A DNA stretch of 64,000 nt from a virus. Positions 9,364 through 21,500 of this stretch are shown here, piece after piece (within the stretch, counting starts at the first letter, position 1; each line of letters begins with the position of its first letter). The stretch covers positions 57,860 to 121,859 of the IMG/VR virus record IMGVR_UViG_3300025117_000036; one strand, written 5' to 3'. The translations under genes were made by a program, and so were the position numbers. Below the pieces are notes generated by a model, which was not told the DNA's origin, made no database searches, and worked only from the letters and a program-made list of their open reading frames with translations.

Positions 9364-10257
9364 TTATAATTTCCTCGTATACCATAAACTAATCCAACCC
9401 AAATCGGTTCTTCCCCACCCATTCAACTCTTCCAAGATCACAACACTATTTTTATAAAGATAGTATTTTCCAGTTTTGCCATAACTAACTCCTGGGCCTG
9501 TTCGAATAGTTAAAGCAAAGGCCGTTATCTCTACTTGATAAGGGATAAACGATGGTAACGGAATAATTTCTTGATCGCCAAATATTTTTTCAAATTCGGC
9601 AATTGGCATTAGGTTTACATCAATGGGACGATTTGCACATCCCGGTAAAATTAATCTATCGCCAGAAGTTTGCCATATAGATATTTTAGAATTTGGATTT
9701 GGGGCAACATAAGGTATCCAATATAATCTAGAAAGCATTTGTTTTAATACTTCATAAGTAATAAATATGCGTTGAGGAGGATACATTGAATATAAATAGC
9801 CAGCAATCCAATACATTACATCACTAGGCCAATAATCCAGTAAATTATATCGCCAAGGGCCAGTATAAACAATCACTATAAATCCAGAGTTTTTCAATAA
9901 AGAGCATAAACTTCTTACTAATTTACCATATCCCGCTCTTGTTACCCCAAACCGAACAATTTCAACATCTATAGCAATAATTTTACAGCCCAAAGGAATA
10001 TTTTTAATTATAAAATCATATTGATTTTGAGCGGAAATTAAAGGTGAAACTACCCAATATGGAAATTTATTAAAATTGTTTGCTTCATACCATTGTTTCA
10101 AAAAATTATTATCTAATCTCAATTGTCCTGTTGTGGTATTCATTCGAATAATTAAATAATCAATTCCCCCATTTTTAATTATTTCTTCATCGATATTTAA
10201 TGAACCTTCCCATACATCAAAACCTATTTTATATTGACTCAAATCTATTTTCGGCAT
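9364..10257 (-). CDS. endolysin: GH25 muramidase with C-terminal SH3b cell-wall-binding domain
   Basis: GFDVWEG, AIDVE (DxE), VYTG, WIAGY, IWQTS, IDVN; C-terminal LTIRTGPGVSY...NGWGRTDLGWISL. Confidence 0.88.
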   Translation of the reverse strand: MPKIDLSQYKIGFDVWEGSLNIDEEIIKNGGIDYLIIRMNTTTGQLRLDNNFLKQWYEANNFNKFPYWVVSPLISAQNQYDFIIKNIPLGCKIIAIDVEIVRFGVTRAGYGKLVRSLCSLLKNSGFIVIVYTGPWRYNLLDYWPSDVMYWIAGYLYSMYPPQRIFITYEVLKQMLSRLYWIPYVAPNPNSKISIWQTSGDRLILPGCANRPIDVNLMPIAEFEKIFGDQEIIPLPSFIPYQVEITAFALTIRTGPGVSYGKTGKYYLYKNSVVILEELNGWGRTDLGWISLWYTRKL

Positions 10258-10283
10258 TATTTTCTCCTAAAAAACTAATAATT

Positions 10284-11093
10284 TTATCCAAAACCATATA
10301 ACGATAATACTGTTCCCGCCCCTAAATTTCTACGAGTACTGTCAGTACCCAAAGTAAAAATACGCAAACGAGTAATTGCACTTACCGATTTCCATACACC
10401 CCCTTGCAAACTTGCTAAAGATTGGCCTCCACCATAGCCAGCAGGAAGATAACTAGCAGTAAATCCAGACGCGTTTTTATAAAAACCGCTACTGCCACTA
10501 TAATTAGGAATTATTGCAAATACAGTTGTTCCATATTTATATGTTACTCCCGCGGTATAGTTATTAACATGACCAATTAATATACTGCCTATATTAGACG
10601 ATGTACTCATAACTTCATAAGGAGAAGTAGTAGAATACCAATATGTACTATCATAATTAGCACTATTTGCATCTCCATTAAAATCTATACCTAACAACGG
10701 ATTTCCTGTTGAAGTTGCATAGCCAGAACAAGTTGTTCCCATAATTAATAGATGTTTATGAGTTTGATCAATACTTGTAAAGTCTGCCTGTCCTGTTCCT
10801 GTAAATTCATCTAATTTTTCTAATCTTCCTAAAATAGTTGTAATATCAGTATTTAAAGTTACAATAGACGCGCTAATCGAAGTTGCCTGATTATTTAAAT
10901 TAGTCATAGATGCGCTAACGCTACCGCTTAATGCTACAAACGATGCGCTAACCTGTCCGGCCCAACGATCAATTGTATTCATATTACTAGTATCAGAACC
11001 AGACATATTTTGTGTCCAAGTTAAAAAGCTACCTGATTGATCAGTAGTAGCATTATATAAAATTAAACCTAAATTTGTACTTAAAGATGTCAT
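10284..11093 (-). CDS. tail tip / short fibre protein
   Basis: STNLGLILY N-terminus, coiled segment, S/G/T-rich C-terminal domain ending LSLYG; paralog of the next gene. Confidence 0.6.
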   Translation of the reverse strand: MTSLSTNLGLILYNATTDQSGSFLTWTQNMSGSDTSNMNTIDRWAGQVSASFVALSGSVSASMTNLNNQATSISASIVTLNTDITTILGRLEKLDEFTGTGQADFTSIDQTHKHLLIMGTTCSGYATSTGNPLLGIDFNGDANSANYDSTYWYSTTSPYEVMSTSSNIGSILIGHVNNYTAGVTYKYGTTVFAIIPNYSGSSGFYKNASGFTASYLPAGYGGGQSLASLQGGVWKSVSAITRLRIFTLGTDSTRRNLGAGTVLSLYGFG

Positions 11094-11891
11094 TTAATAA
11101 ACTCCATATAAACTAATTACAGTGTTTTCTAATAATTCTCTCCTTGCAGTATTACCAATAGTAACATACAATCTAACCCTAGTAATTGCCGATGAACTTA
11201 AATATACACCACCATTTAATGACACTGACGCTATAGGAGATAAAAGGAAAAAAATACTATTAAATCCCATTGCCGTTTTGTAAAGTTCAGAACTTCCAGA
11301 GTAATTTGGTATAATTGCAAATATTGATGTTGAATAACCTGTACTACCAGAAAAATAATTATTAATACTACCTATAGGAATACCCCCAACAATATATTCA
11401 CTTGCCATATATTCAGTAGTAGATGCACCAGAACCAGTTTGAATATATCGAACTCCTTTATAACTGTCACTTCCCGATACAGAATTGAAATCACATGCTA
11501 ACATAGTACTTGCACTTGTCACACTACCCGCAGCAGTACCCATTATTAATAAATGTGTATAATCTTGAGAAATACTATCAAAATCTACCTGACCGGAACC
11601 TGTATGTTCTGCAAGTTTTACAATTCGATTACTAGATGATACAACATTAGTACTACCCGATATTGTTTGCGCGGCATATAAAGTAAGCAATGTATCCATT
11701 TCTGAAAAATATGATGTTGACGAATTATCCATTTCGCTTATATCTGAAATTGCGGAACCAGCAAAACTATCAATTATCATCATATTACTATTAACTATTC
11801 CATCTAGGTTTGCTCGATACATTTCAAAACTCTGTTCTTTATCTACTTTATGATGATATAAATTTAAATTTAAATTTGTTGAATTGCTCAT
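11094..11891 (-). CDS. tail tip / short fibre protein (paralog)
   Basis: Shares STNLxLxLY, GxGQxDFxSIxQ, HLLIMGT, FAIIPNYSGSS, AITRxR and SLYG with 10284-11093. Confidence 0.6.
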   Translation of the reverse strand: MSNSTNLNLNLYHHKVDKEQSFEMYRANLDGIVNSNMMIIDSFAGSAISDISEMDNSSTSYFSEMDTLLTLYAAQTISGSTNVVSSSNRIVKLAEHTGSGQVDFDSISQDYTHLLIMGTAAGSVTSASTMLACDFNSVSGSDSYKGVRYIQTGSGASTTEYMASEYIVGGIPIGSINNYFSGSTGYSTSIFAIIPNYSGSSELYKTAMGFNSIFFLLSPIASVSLNGGVYLSSSAITRVRLYVTIGNTARRELLENTVISLYGVY

Positions 11892-11899
11892 TTTATTAT

Positions 11900-12148
11900 T
11901 TACCCTGTACTAGTGGTTATCGTTAAAGTTAATTCATTAACATTAATGTAATCAGGTAGTGTGATTCCGTCTAAAGCGTCCGTTGCAGGAATTGTACTTG
12001 CAGACGTACTATTTAATCCAGATAAAATTGACCCTGAAATATCAGAAACCGATAAAGGATCATAAAATTCCAATAGACCCGTTCGAATTACATTACTTCC
12101 TGTAACAACATATAATGTTTTTTCTGTAATAGGATAATTATTTGGCAT
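11900..12148 (-). CDS. small tail-associated protein
   Basis: Operonic in the tail module. Confidence 0.6.
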   Translation of the reverse strand: MPNNYPITEKTLYVVTGSNVIRTGLLEFYDPLSVSDISGSILSGLNSTSASTIPATDALDGITLPDYINVNELTLTITTSTG

Positions 12149-12495
12149 TATTCAATCTCCCTAATTAATGTAATAATTCCTTGCGCCGGAATAACCGTAC
12201 TTCCATCAGAAAAAACAATTTTTGGTTGATAACTATATTTTCCCGCCAATCCATCTGTGTCTTCAGCGATAAATAAAATAGTAAAAATATTTGTTGCAGT
12301 TATACTTCCTGTTTTTGTTAATAACGCTGTACTCGAACCATATTCTGCCAATCTCAAGGTACAAGTTGCCCCAGTTAAATCAATTGCTGTTCCATTTTGA
12401 TCAACAACAGTAAATTTAAGTTGATAAGTTGTTCCCGCAACAAATGAAACATCTCCAAGAGAGTTAATTGTGCTGTACGATGTACTTAAAGCCAT
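12148..12495 (-). CDS. BppU N-terminal-like baseplate protein
   Basis: FVAGTTYQLKFTVVDQNGTAIDLTGAT...DTDGLAGKYSYQ beta-sandwich pattern; tail-tip context. Confidence 0.6.
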   Translation of the reverse strand: MALSTSYSTINSLGDVSFVAGTTYQLKFTVVDQNGTAIDLTGATCTLRLAEYGSSTALLTKTGSITATNIFTILFIAEDTDGLAGKYSYQPKIVFSDGSTVIPAQGIITLIREIE

Positions 12496-12521
12496 ATTTA
12501 TAACTCCTTTCTTTTATAAAA

Positions 12522-14657
12522 TTATGAACCTATTGAAACATACTCGATTATAAAATGATCTGTAGAAAAAATTGAATCGTACATCGTAAATGATTGCAAA
12601 TCGGATTCTTCTGCATATGTATAATCTTTTCTTTGCATTACCCCATTTATGTATACGCGTAGTGAATTTGCTAAATAAACCGACGATGCAGAAAAACTAG
12701 TTCCTGTACTTCCTGTCAAATCTTCAAGAGTAACAATATTACTTCCCGGCTCAAGCCCTGCTCCACCAATAAAAATACCATTGCGAAACATGATTTGACC
12801 CCCTCCTGCCATATCGAGGGTTGCGTCAATTCCAATATTTCCATCTGCATCATATAATTTAGGATCGCGAATGGTTACACCGTCTTTATCTATTAAAATA
12901 TTAGTAATACCCGTAGTAGAATTTATATTTTCAATCGATAAACTAGAACCAGCTAAAATTGTTCCAACCAAATTTGAACTTTTAGTTCCATAAACAATAA
13001 TTCCATCAGGGGTAACAACTTTCCCAACAATTAATGATTTATTATTTTTCCAATCATTCCAATTAGAATAATTAAAATCTACAGTAGATGTAGTTTGAAT
13101 TGTATTTCCCATAAAATCTGAAAAAATAAAACTAGAATCATCTAATCTTTGTCGATTTGACAATGTTATTTTAAATTTTTCAGGATCATCATAAGTAAAT
13201 TCATATTGTAATAATGTGGCAGTAATTGTATAACCTTTTCCTGTATCTACTGTAATTTGATCGCCTAATTCTAATTGATCAATAAAATGAGAATAATCTT
13301 GTAGAGCAAGAAAATTTACAGAATTGATTGTAATTTGATAACGAGGAATAGATAGCTTTGCCAGTGTTTCTACAGCTTTATCATATAATTTCTGTGTTTG
13401 CTCTTGAATTTCTGTTTCTGTCATAGAATCCGTTATAATGATAGTGTTATCAACAAATCCATTTTCAAAAATAAAATTATTTAATTCTAACCATTGAGCA
13501 TTAGTAAAATTGTCGGTATTCGAAAAAGCCAATAAATCATTTACTGTTTCCATTCCTTGAGTTACCGATGAAATATCATCAACTATTTCATCTACTATAA
13601 TTGTTTGATCATTAACATAAGTCGTATCAGTTAATATTTGATTATCAATATCGGTTGTATCTAAACCTTGTTGTAATCTAGCCGCACGTACTGCTTGATC
13701 GGCACTTAGTTGAGCCTCATATTCTGCCAATAAAGCCTGTTCAATAAGCCAATTGGTTTGTAATTCGCCTAATTCAACCGCAGAAGCACTATAAGAATCA
13801 GCGTAACTATCAAACTTTGTTTCCCACGCGTCTATAGCAGTTATTAAACTTTGGCTCATCCAACTTGTAGTTTTATAATAATCAAAATTATAAATTGTAT
13901 TTGTACCCAAAGGATTCACGCTTCTAATAGTTAAATCTCCACCTCCGTTAGGATACAAACAAGTTGCAATTTCATCAGTAATTTCATTATAATTTGTATT
14001 TAGAATTAGATTATCAAACGATAAAAATATATCTGTTTCATTTCCACTTCCACTAGATGAAACAATAGAAATAGTTCTATTCAAATAATCAAAATCAAAG
14101 ATACAGCCATAAGATTTAGATGCTTCCTCATTTAATAATTGATATACGTTTGAATTAGACACATCAAACGTTCTATAAATACTATTTAAACTTGATTCTA
14201 CAGTTCCAATTTCCCAATTGGGAACCAAATTTATCACGTGTCCCATTAGCGAATCAGGATCAGTAGGGCTTCCAGAATTATAAAGTAAATAAGTTCCAGA
14301 AAAAGCATTTATTTTTTTATAAACTAATTCCCCATCTAACGATACACAATCAACATCTTTAATATAAATACTTCCATTACTATTTTCAGATACATCCGAA
14401 ATTAAAAAATATCCCAAATCCCCTAACAAAACAATTCTTTTTCCAGCAATATAATCATATGCGTCTAAATCAACACCATCTATTTCTTCTGGAAACTTAA
14501 AAGATAATTCAGATAATGCATTCCATTTAAATTTCAATTCGACTTCATATGCCGATTCTAAAGAATAAATTTGATCCAAATTAGGATTGCATAAAGTCAT
14601 AGATGGACGTTCCTGCTTGCTAAAATAATCAAAATTTTGTTGCATATTACGCTCCAA
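12522..14657 (-). CDS. baseplate hub / Tal-like tail protein
   Basis: Directly downstream of Dit; SELSFKFP, FDFDYLNRTISI, IRSVNPLGTNTIYNFDYY, LELGDQITV. Confidence 0.8.
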   Translation of the reverse strand: MERNMQQNFDYFSKQERPSMTLCNPNLDQIYSLESAYEVELKFKWNALSELSFKFPEEIDGVDLDAYDYIAGKRIVLLGDLGYFLISDVSENSNGSIYIKDVDCVSLDGELVYKKINAFSGTYLLYNSGSPTDPDSLMGHVINLVPNWEIGTVESSLNSIYRTFDVSNSNVYQLLNEEASKSYGCIFDFDYLNRTISIVSSSGSGNETDIFLSFDNLILNTNYNEITDEIATCLYPNGGGDLTIRSVNPLGTNTIYNFDYYKTTSWMSQSLITAIDAWETKFDSYADSYSASAVELGELQTNWLIEQALLAEYEAQLSADQAVRAARLQQGLDTTDIDNQILTDTTYVNDQTIIVDEIVDDISSVTQGMETVNDLLAFSNTDNFTNAQWLELNNFIFENGFVDNTIIITDSMTETEIQEQTQKLYDKAVETLAKLSIPRYQITINSVNFLALQDYSHFIDQLELGDQITVDTGKGYTITATLLQYEFTYDDPEKFKITLSNRQRLDDSSFIFSDFMGNTIQTTSTVDFNYSNWNDWKNNKSLIVGKVVTPDGIIVYGTKSSNLVGTILAGSSLSIENINSTTGITNILIDKDGVTIRDPKLYDADGNIGIDATLDMAGGGQIMFRNGIFIGGAGLEPGSNIVTLEDLTGSTGTSFSASSVYLANSLRVYINGVMQRKDYTYAEESDLQSFTMYDSIFSTDHFIIEYVSIGS

Positions 14658-15438
14658 TTTGTCTTAAGAATTGATATGTTAAAGACAATGTAGAAACACT
14701 TGAGCCACTAACCGCAAGCACGTTTACGCCGGGAACAAATCTTAAAAAATTCTTATTAAATTTGCTTAATATTGGAGAACCAGTAGAACTTGTAATAATT
14801 CCTAAATCATTATTTACATTAACAATTTCAGACCCCAACAATCCAGTAAATGAAAAAATTCTATCATCGTCATTAGCATTCGTCATAGATAAGTTTCCAC
14901 CACTCGTTCCCATTGTAAAATTTAATGTTGGATATAAATACCCATTATCACAATGACTATTATTTTGAAAAGTGATAGATGTTGGTAAAGGATTTGTATA
15001 TGTAATTGTTTTTGATCGAGTATAAGCAAATTGAGAATCTAACTTACATGTTCCTGATACTCCATATACAACATTGCCAATTCTTCGAACTACAGGATCA
15101 GTAAATATGCATTGCATATAATATTCATCCATATCGTCTTGCATAATAGCAAAGTTTCTATAACTTGATTTATTAAATAACCAATTTAAAATAAAACTCA
15201 ACATAGAAGCAGTAATTTCATTTTCCGAAAAGAAAGCTACAGGAAATTCTAATCTGGAAGTATATTGTATTCCATAAAAATAAGGTTTTGGCTTTTTGTA
15301 AATAAAAGTCTCTAAAATTTCAGTATTGCCACTAGCCTTATTGCTACTCATTCCTCCTGCTTCTATACTCGCTATTTGTAAACCATAAGTATCTGAATCG
15401 ATACTATCATAAACAAAAGATTTAGCGTGAAATGCCAT
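14647..15438 (-). CDS. distal tail protein (Dit)
   Basis: FVYDSIDSDTYGLQI, ILNWLF, YLYPTL, FNKNFLRFVPGVNVL; follows the tape-measure gene. Confidence 0.85.
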   Translation of the reverse strand: MAFHAKSFVYDSIDSDTYGLQIASIEAGGMSSNKASGNTEILETFIYKKPKPYFYGIQYTSRLEFPVAFFSENEITASMLSFILNWLFNKSSYRNFAIMQDDMDEYYMQCIFTDPVVRRIGNVVYGVSGTCKLDSQFAYTRSKTITYTNPLPTSITFQNNSHCDNGYLYPTLNFTMGTSGGNLSMTNANDDDRIFSFTGLLGSEIVNVNNDLGIITSSTGSPILSKFNKNFLRFVPGVNVLAVSGSSVSTLSLTYQFLRQIGA

Positions 15439-15452
15439 AATAATTTCTCCTT

Positions 15453-15489
15453 AAAAGGGAAGATGCAATTTATACATCTTCCCTTTTTT
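15453..15489 (-). terminator. hairpin terminator or processing site after tape-measure gene
   Basis: AAAAGGGAAGATG-loop-CATCTTCCCTTTT. Confidence 0.6.
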
Positions 15490-15515
15490 ATTTTATTTTA
15501 TATCTATATTTATGT

Positions 15516-18500
15516 TTATGTTTGAAATAGTTGCGCTCCTCGTGTATAACCACGTTTTGTTAAACTATTGTTTAATTGTTTGATAACCTCATTAGCCACG
15601 ACTCTAACATCACCTAGAACATTTTCATCTAAATTGCCTTCAACATTAATTAAATTTTGAATTACAATATCTCCAACGGAACTTATGTTTCCCCCGATTA
15701 TATTTGTAGTTAAAGAATTTAATAACGAAGACAATCTATCTCCTCGTAAGAATGTATCGGCTCTAAACCCACCCGTAACCATTTCTGGTGAGAAACCATA
15801 TTTTCTACCACCAGTAACCATTTCAGGAGAACTAGGATCATACCTAAATCCACCAGTAACCATCTCTGGCGAAAAGCCTTGACCTTTTCTACCACCAGTA
15901 ACCATTTCAGGAGAATCTATAGGATCGGCTCTAAACCCACCTGTAACCATCTCAGGAGTAAAACCCTCTCGTCCATTACCTCTAAACCCACCAGTTACCA
16001 TTTCAGGAGTAAAACTTTCTCCTTCTGCCCTAAATCCACCAGTAACCATCTCAGGAGTAAAACCACGATTGGCTTTTCCAAAAGTCCCATTATCATTACC
16101 ACTATCACCAGGAACATATGGTTTGCCACTACTGAAATCGCTTTTTCCAAGAATAACATCTAAAAGATTGTTATACTCTTCCAATGCTCTTACAGCCTCA
16201 TTCCACGCACGAACAATATCTTCTTCAATGCCGGAACCATAAACTTCATTCCATGCTACCAATTCTTCATATAAATCTGGCCCCATTTGCGCCATTCGTT
16301 CTAATGCGGCTTGACCAATCAAGCCAGATTTACTTAAAAATTCATCGATTGCATCAATAGTGTCTTGCAAAACATCATATTCTTGATCTAATAAGTCAAA
16401 TTGGGTTTGTAATAAGGTCTTTTGGTTTTCGATATATTGTTTATATAATTCATATTCTTCGTCAAGACGATTTTCCGTTAATTCTATTTCGTGTTCTCTT
16501 TGAGTTTCATCTAAATCAGAAAGTTCTTCTTCTAGTTCTTCCCGTAATTCCAATTGACGCTTTTTTGATTCCGCTGAATCGTCTAATGCTAGTATAGCCA
16601 ATTCTTTTTGAAGTTTTTGAATAGATTTATTTTTATCTGCAATTTCTTCTTGATAATCTAATTCATCTTCTTGTGTTTGAAGAATTTCTTTTCGAGCATC
16701 GATTATCTTTTCATAATCTTCTAACTGTTTATCTAAAGCGTCTTGCTGTTGCTTTAGTATTTCTTGTTCTTGACGGAGAGCATCTTGCTTTTCACGAATC
16801 AATTCTTTTTCAGCTTCTTTTTCTTGCCGAATAAGATTAATAATCATCTGGTAGAGGTTTGCGCCGGAATATGTAGGTTCTTCTTTGGCTTTTTCAGCCC
16901 CACCTCCACCACCGCCACCTCCACCACCGCCACTTTTAGGCGGCTCAGAAGGTGTACCTTGATGCGCATTTGCCCAATCATAACCCATTGAACCATATGC
17001 AATGCCTTCATCGTCTACTGTTACATGAAAACGAATATAATAATCACCAGCCGCCGCCAATGCCGCTAATCTAACTCTATCTAAAACAGCAATGGCTTCC
17101 TCACCCGCGCCTGACATAGCCAATGTAACGAATTCGGTCATGCCTTGAACAACGGCAGAAGTATTTGCATCAATAAGGCCCCAGGCTGTTCCAATATCGT
17201 CCATCATTTTAAAAGCCGCTTGCTGTATTGCTAAAGCTTGAGCGGGGTGAAGACGACTTAAATCCATTTGCATAACACGTTGTAGCATCATTCCATAAAT
17301 AATGCGTCGTGTTGCTAATTCATGTTCAGCGGCAAGTGCATCAACCGCCCTAGAGGTATTGTTAAATTCTTCTTTTAATTTAATTAACTCAGCCCTTTGT
17401 TCATCAGAAAAAGGCTGTGCTTCAACCCTCATAATTTGTACTCTTAATTCCGCTAATTTATCAACAAGTTCATTATGACTTTCTATATAACTATCACGAG
17501 CATCGGTCATACTTGTATCTAAAGAAGCCGCAAGATCACTAAAAAGACCAGCAATTTCATTGCGCGCATCTTCGGTAGCAGGAATTAAATCATTTTTAAT
17601 CATCTCGACCCATGCACCAACAAGGTCTGCTTGTATATACAATTCAGCACTATAAGGATTAGCTTCAGAAACACCTCTAGCTTGCAAAGCAACTAAATCT
17701 GCTTGTGCTTGAATATACGCCCTTACTGCTTCTTCGTTTAGTACTAATTGATCTCCTTCAAGTACAAGAAAATCAGTATAATCCTTATTGACAGCAGATA
17801 ATGCCGCAATGTCATCAGCAGATAATTGTTGTCCACTTTGCGATTTGCTTAATAAATCTAAATAAACTTTTAATTCAGTATTTAAATTTGTAATTATTGT
17901 AGATAAATCGCCAAACCCCCCCGCAATTTGAGGGGCAATAGTTAATGGTTTTGGAAGATTAACGTTACCGCCAACATCTTTCCAATCATCAACCTCTGAT
18001 TTCATTGCTCCCCTTCTACTTACACCAACATCTTGCCAGCCAACAGAAATATCAGCTAATACATTAACATAATGTTCATATTCAATTATAAGAGACTTAG
18101 CAGCAGAAATTTCATTATTTAAAGTCTCATATTCTTTACCCATTAATCCGGTAATATCTTTATGAGTCTCTAAATATTTACCTAGTTGAGTTAATTGTTC
18201 TTCGGGAGTGCCATATAAATCAACTCTTTGCCACGCGGGGCCAGCCCCACTCATCGTTTTTGCTTCTAGGAATTTTTTTTGTTCTTCATAGGCGCGTCTA
18301 TTCTTATTAATGAACTCTATTTCTTCAAATTTTGCTTTTTCTTTAAGCCATTCGATATTTTCATCAATCGCTTGACTATTCCTATCAATTGCGTCTGAAT
18401 ATAGTGTAATGCCCTCAGTTAACCCACCATATTTAGTATTTACAATTGTTTGTATATCAAGCAATCTAATTAAATCATCTGAATTTTTATTTTGTTTGTT

Positions 18501-21500
18501 TGCTAATGCTTCATATTCTTTGGCTAAACTAGAAAGTTCGTTTTTATTATCGTCTGTTTGACGTTTTAGTTTTTCAAAATTAGTATAGGTTTCAACCGCT
18601 GAAGTATTCAATCTATTAAATAAAGCGATTAAACCAACAATAGCTAGACCTAAAGTCATTCCTCCTAAAGAAATAGACAACGCATTTACTGCCGTACTAG
18701 TCATAGTGACAGTACCAGTTAAGCTAATAAACGCGGTAATTAATGTATATATTGTACTAGTTAATCCAGGTATAACCAAAGCAAGTTTAGTTATCATGAA
18801 AGTAGCTAAAGCTACTAATGCTATATTAAGAACCCCCAAATTATCTGCAACTTCTAATAACACAATACCAAACTCAAGAAATTTTTTTACCAATTCTTCA
18901 GTAATGGTATCTTGAACTACTTTTTCCCAAGTCGCAGTAAATTTATTAGTGGTTGCCTCTAGACCTTCCATATATATACCGAATCTTTGGGCGGCAAGTC
19001 CAGAGGATTCAGTTTGAATTTTTTGTGCTTCTAATACTTGGTTGTAATTCTCCATAAGTGCGATGAAATTTTCACGTTGCCGAACTTTTCTGTTGCTTTC
19101 GCACCGTGAATATGCTACTAACCGTTATTCTTCAACGGCGATTAAGTATTTCTACTTAATTCTGCAATTTCAATATGTTATAGTTGCAGAGCAGACCATA
19201 TCTTTTTCTTATATAAAATAAGAAAGATGACGCGGACATTTATATCACTATAAATATCCAATTGGTCGTTACGGATTTTCAAAAATTATAAAAACTGACT
19301 AAAAATAGTGTGTAGTTTAGTCAAATCTTTTCGATAAATTTCAATTAATTTTATATTATTATCTTTGCAAATACTTCTTTTTTCTTCCATTCGTTTATAA
19401 TAAACAGGTTTTTCAGGCATTCCAAAAAATTCTATAAATACACTTTTATTTATTACCCAATCAACTCTTTTCAAACCACATCTTTTATCATTACAATGTA
19501 GGTTATATAATTCTTCTTTTTTATATTCGATACTATTATTTATTAAATAATTTGTAATAGATAATTCAGATTTTGAAAAGCATAAATCGTTATTTAAAGA
19601 ATAATAAATATTAGATTCTCCATATAGTGAGGAATTTGCATCTAATTGTGCTAACTCACAAGCATTTCTGTAACCCCCAAAACGCCTTTCATATGTTTTC
19701 ATAGATGGAAGTCCAAATGCAGCAAGTTCTGATCCATAAGGAGTTCTCCCTAACTTATTGCCTAATTCTTGTAATTGCTGTATCATAATATTTTCATCAT
19801 ACCATTTTACGCTCTTTTCTTTACTCTTGTGCAATCCAAATTTTAACGCCATCGTTCGTATACTTTCAGGAGTTCTATTAAAAAAATATTTTTCACACAA
19901 ATATTTATTTGTATAATCAGGATAGTATTTTTTTAATAATGCTATATTTTCATCAGTCCAATCTTGATTTATTTTAAATCCTAATTTACTTATCTTAGTG
20001 CGAATTGCAGATAGTGTTCTATTTAATTTTTTAGCAATATCAGCATAAGACATCAAATTATAATTAGAAATTATAAAGTCAATTTCTTTAGACGTATAAT
20101 CTCTATTTTTTTCAACAATTATTCCTAATTCGGAAGCTTTATGTCGTATTGAATCAATGTCATTATTTTCTAGTTTTTCCATCAATAAAACATAATTTCC
20201 ATAGGGATATAACTCCTTTAATATTTCAAGTCTATTTTCAGTCCATTGATATCTGCCTATGCCTAGTTCTGTAACCAATTTATAAATAGCATTTTTATTC
20301 CTGTTTATATGTTTGGCTATTTCATCAATGGAAATTTTTCCATAGTTATTTATTAAATATTCTTTATCTTGCGTTGTAAATACTTTTATTTTTCCCACGA
20401 TTATTTCTCCAGAAATATTTGCTACACATCAAATATTTCTAATAAATTATTGTTTATAATTTTTGAATCTTTCCTCGGAGTTGTCTACTTCTAGAGTTTC
20501 CCCGATATGGTCATCTTCTGAAATTTTTATTTTACCACACATTTATGCATGATAAAAAATGCAAATTTCCATATGTCACCATATGTTCTGGCATTCTATT
20601 TTTACCAGCAATAGCATTTGCAACAGCACTTTGTTCTACCTCATTCATGTTCTCCCACTTACCAGCAATTTCGTCTAAAACATCGCCCATTGGACGGAAT
20701 GAGGTTTCTGAATCACGTAGTTTAATGTTTACTAAGGAGAGTGCTTTTTCTACATCGTTGATATTTGTAACTTCATCTTCGAATAATTTACCTAATTTTA
20801 TTGCTTGGAGTCGTGCGAATATGGTTTTGAAGGATTCCAATTTTGTTATCGCCAAGCTTTTTATCTTGACTTCTTATGCTTTTCCATTGCATAAGTTCGG
20901 CGTACATTTTTATCCACAAGGGATAACGGATACTCTTGGAGAGATTATATTTATTCACTCTCTACGCTCTACGGTATCAAAAAACCTTTCGCTATTTTTT
21001 TGATTACCTCGGTATTTTCCATTTTTATTATTTGGAGGAATTCACCGATTTTACCCATTCATAATTTTATGCATTACTGTATAAAACGGCAATTAATCTT
21101 ACCAATGCTATCCGCACTTTTTCTAGTGGTTGCCGAAACGATTGACACGTAACTAGCCAGCTCGTCAAAGCTGACTCCGGCTTGCTGTGCAGAATTTGCA
21201 GACCTTTGCATAGCACTACTAATTTCTTCCACTGACGTCGCATACTGATTGTCTAATGCCCAATCTGTTACTTCGAGTTCGACAAAACTCTTATGACCTC
21301 AATAGAGGCGTTTAGGAATTTCTTCCTAAATCAGCAATTTTAATACCTCACATAGTATTTGCTGTTCCGACTGTATATTCACCCTCATAAGAGGGGGATG
21401 ACTTCAGGATACTTGTTACCAAATACCCCCCGCAGTCTGTAGAGGTTCTTTATTTTATATTTAATGAATATATTCTTCAAAAATAAACAAAAGATTACTT

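Noticed and set aside
15762-16064. CRISPR-like or DGR repeats within the TMP gene
   Set aside because: The repeats are in frame with synonymous variation, and there is no reverse transcriptase or adenine-specific TR/VR pair in the window.
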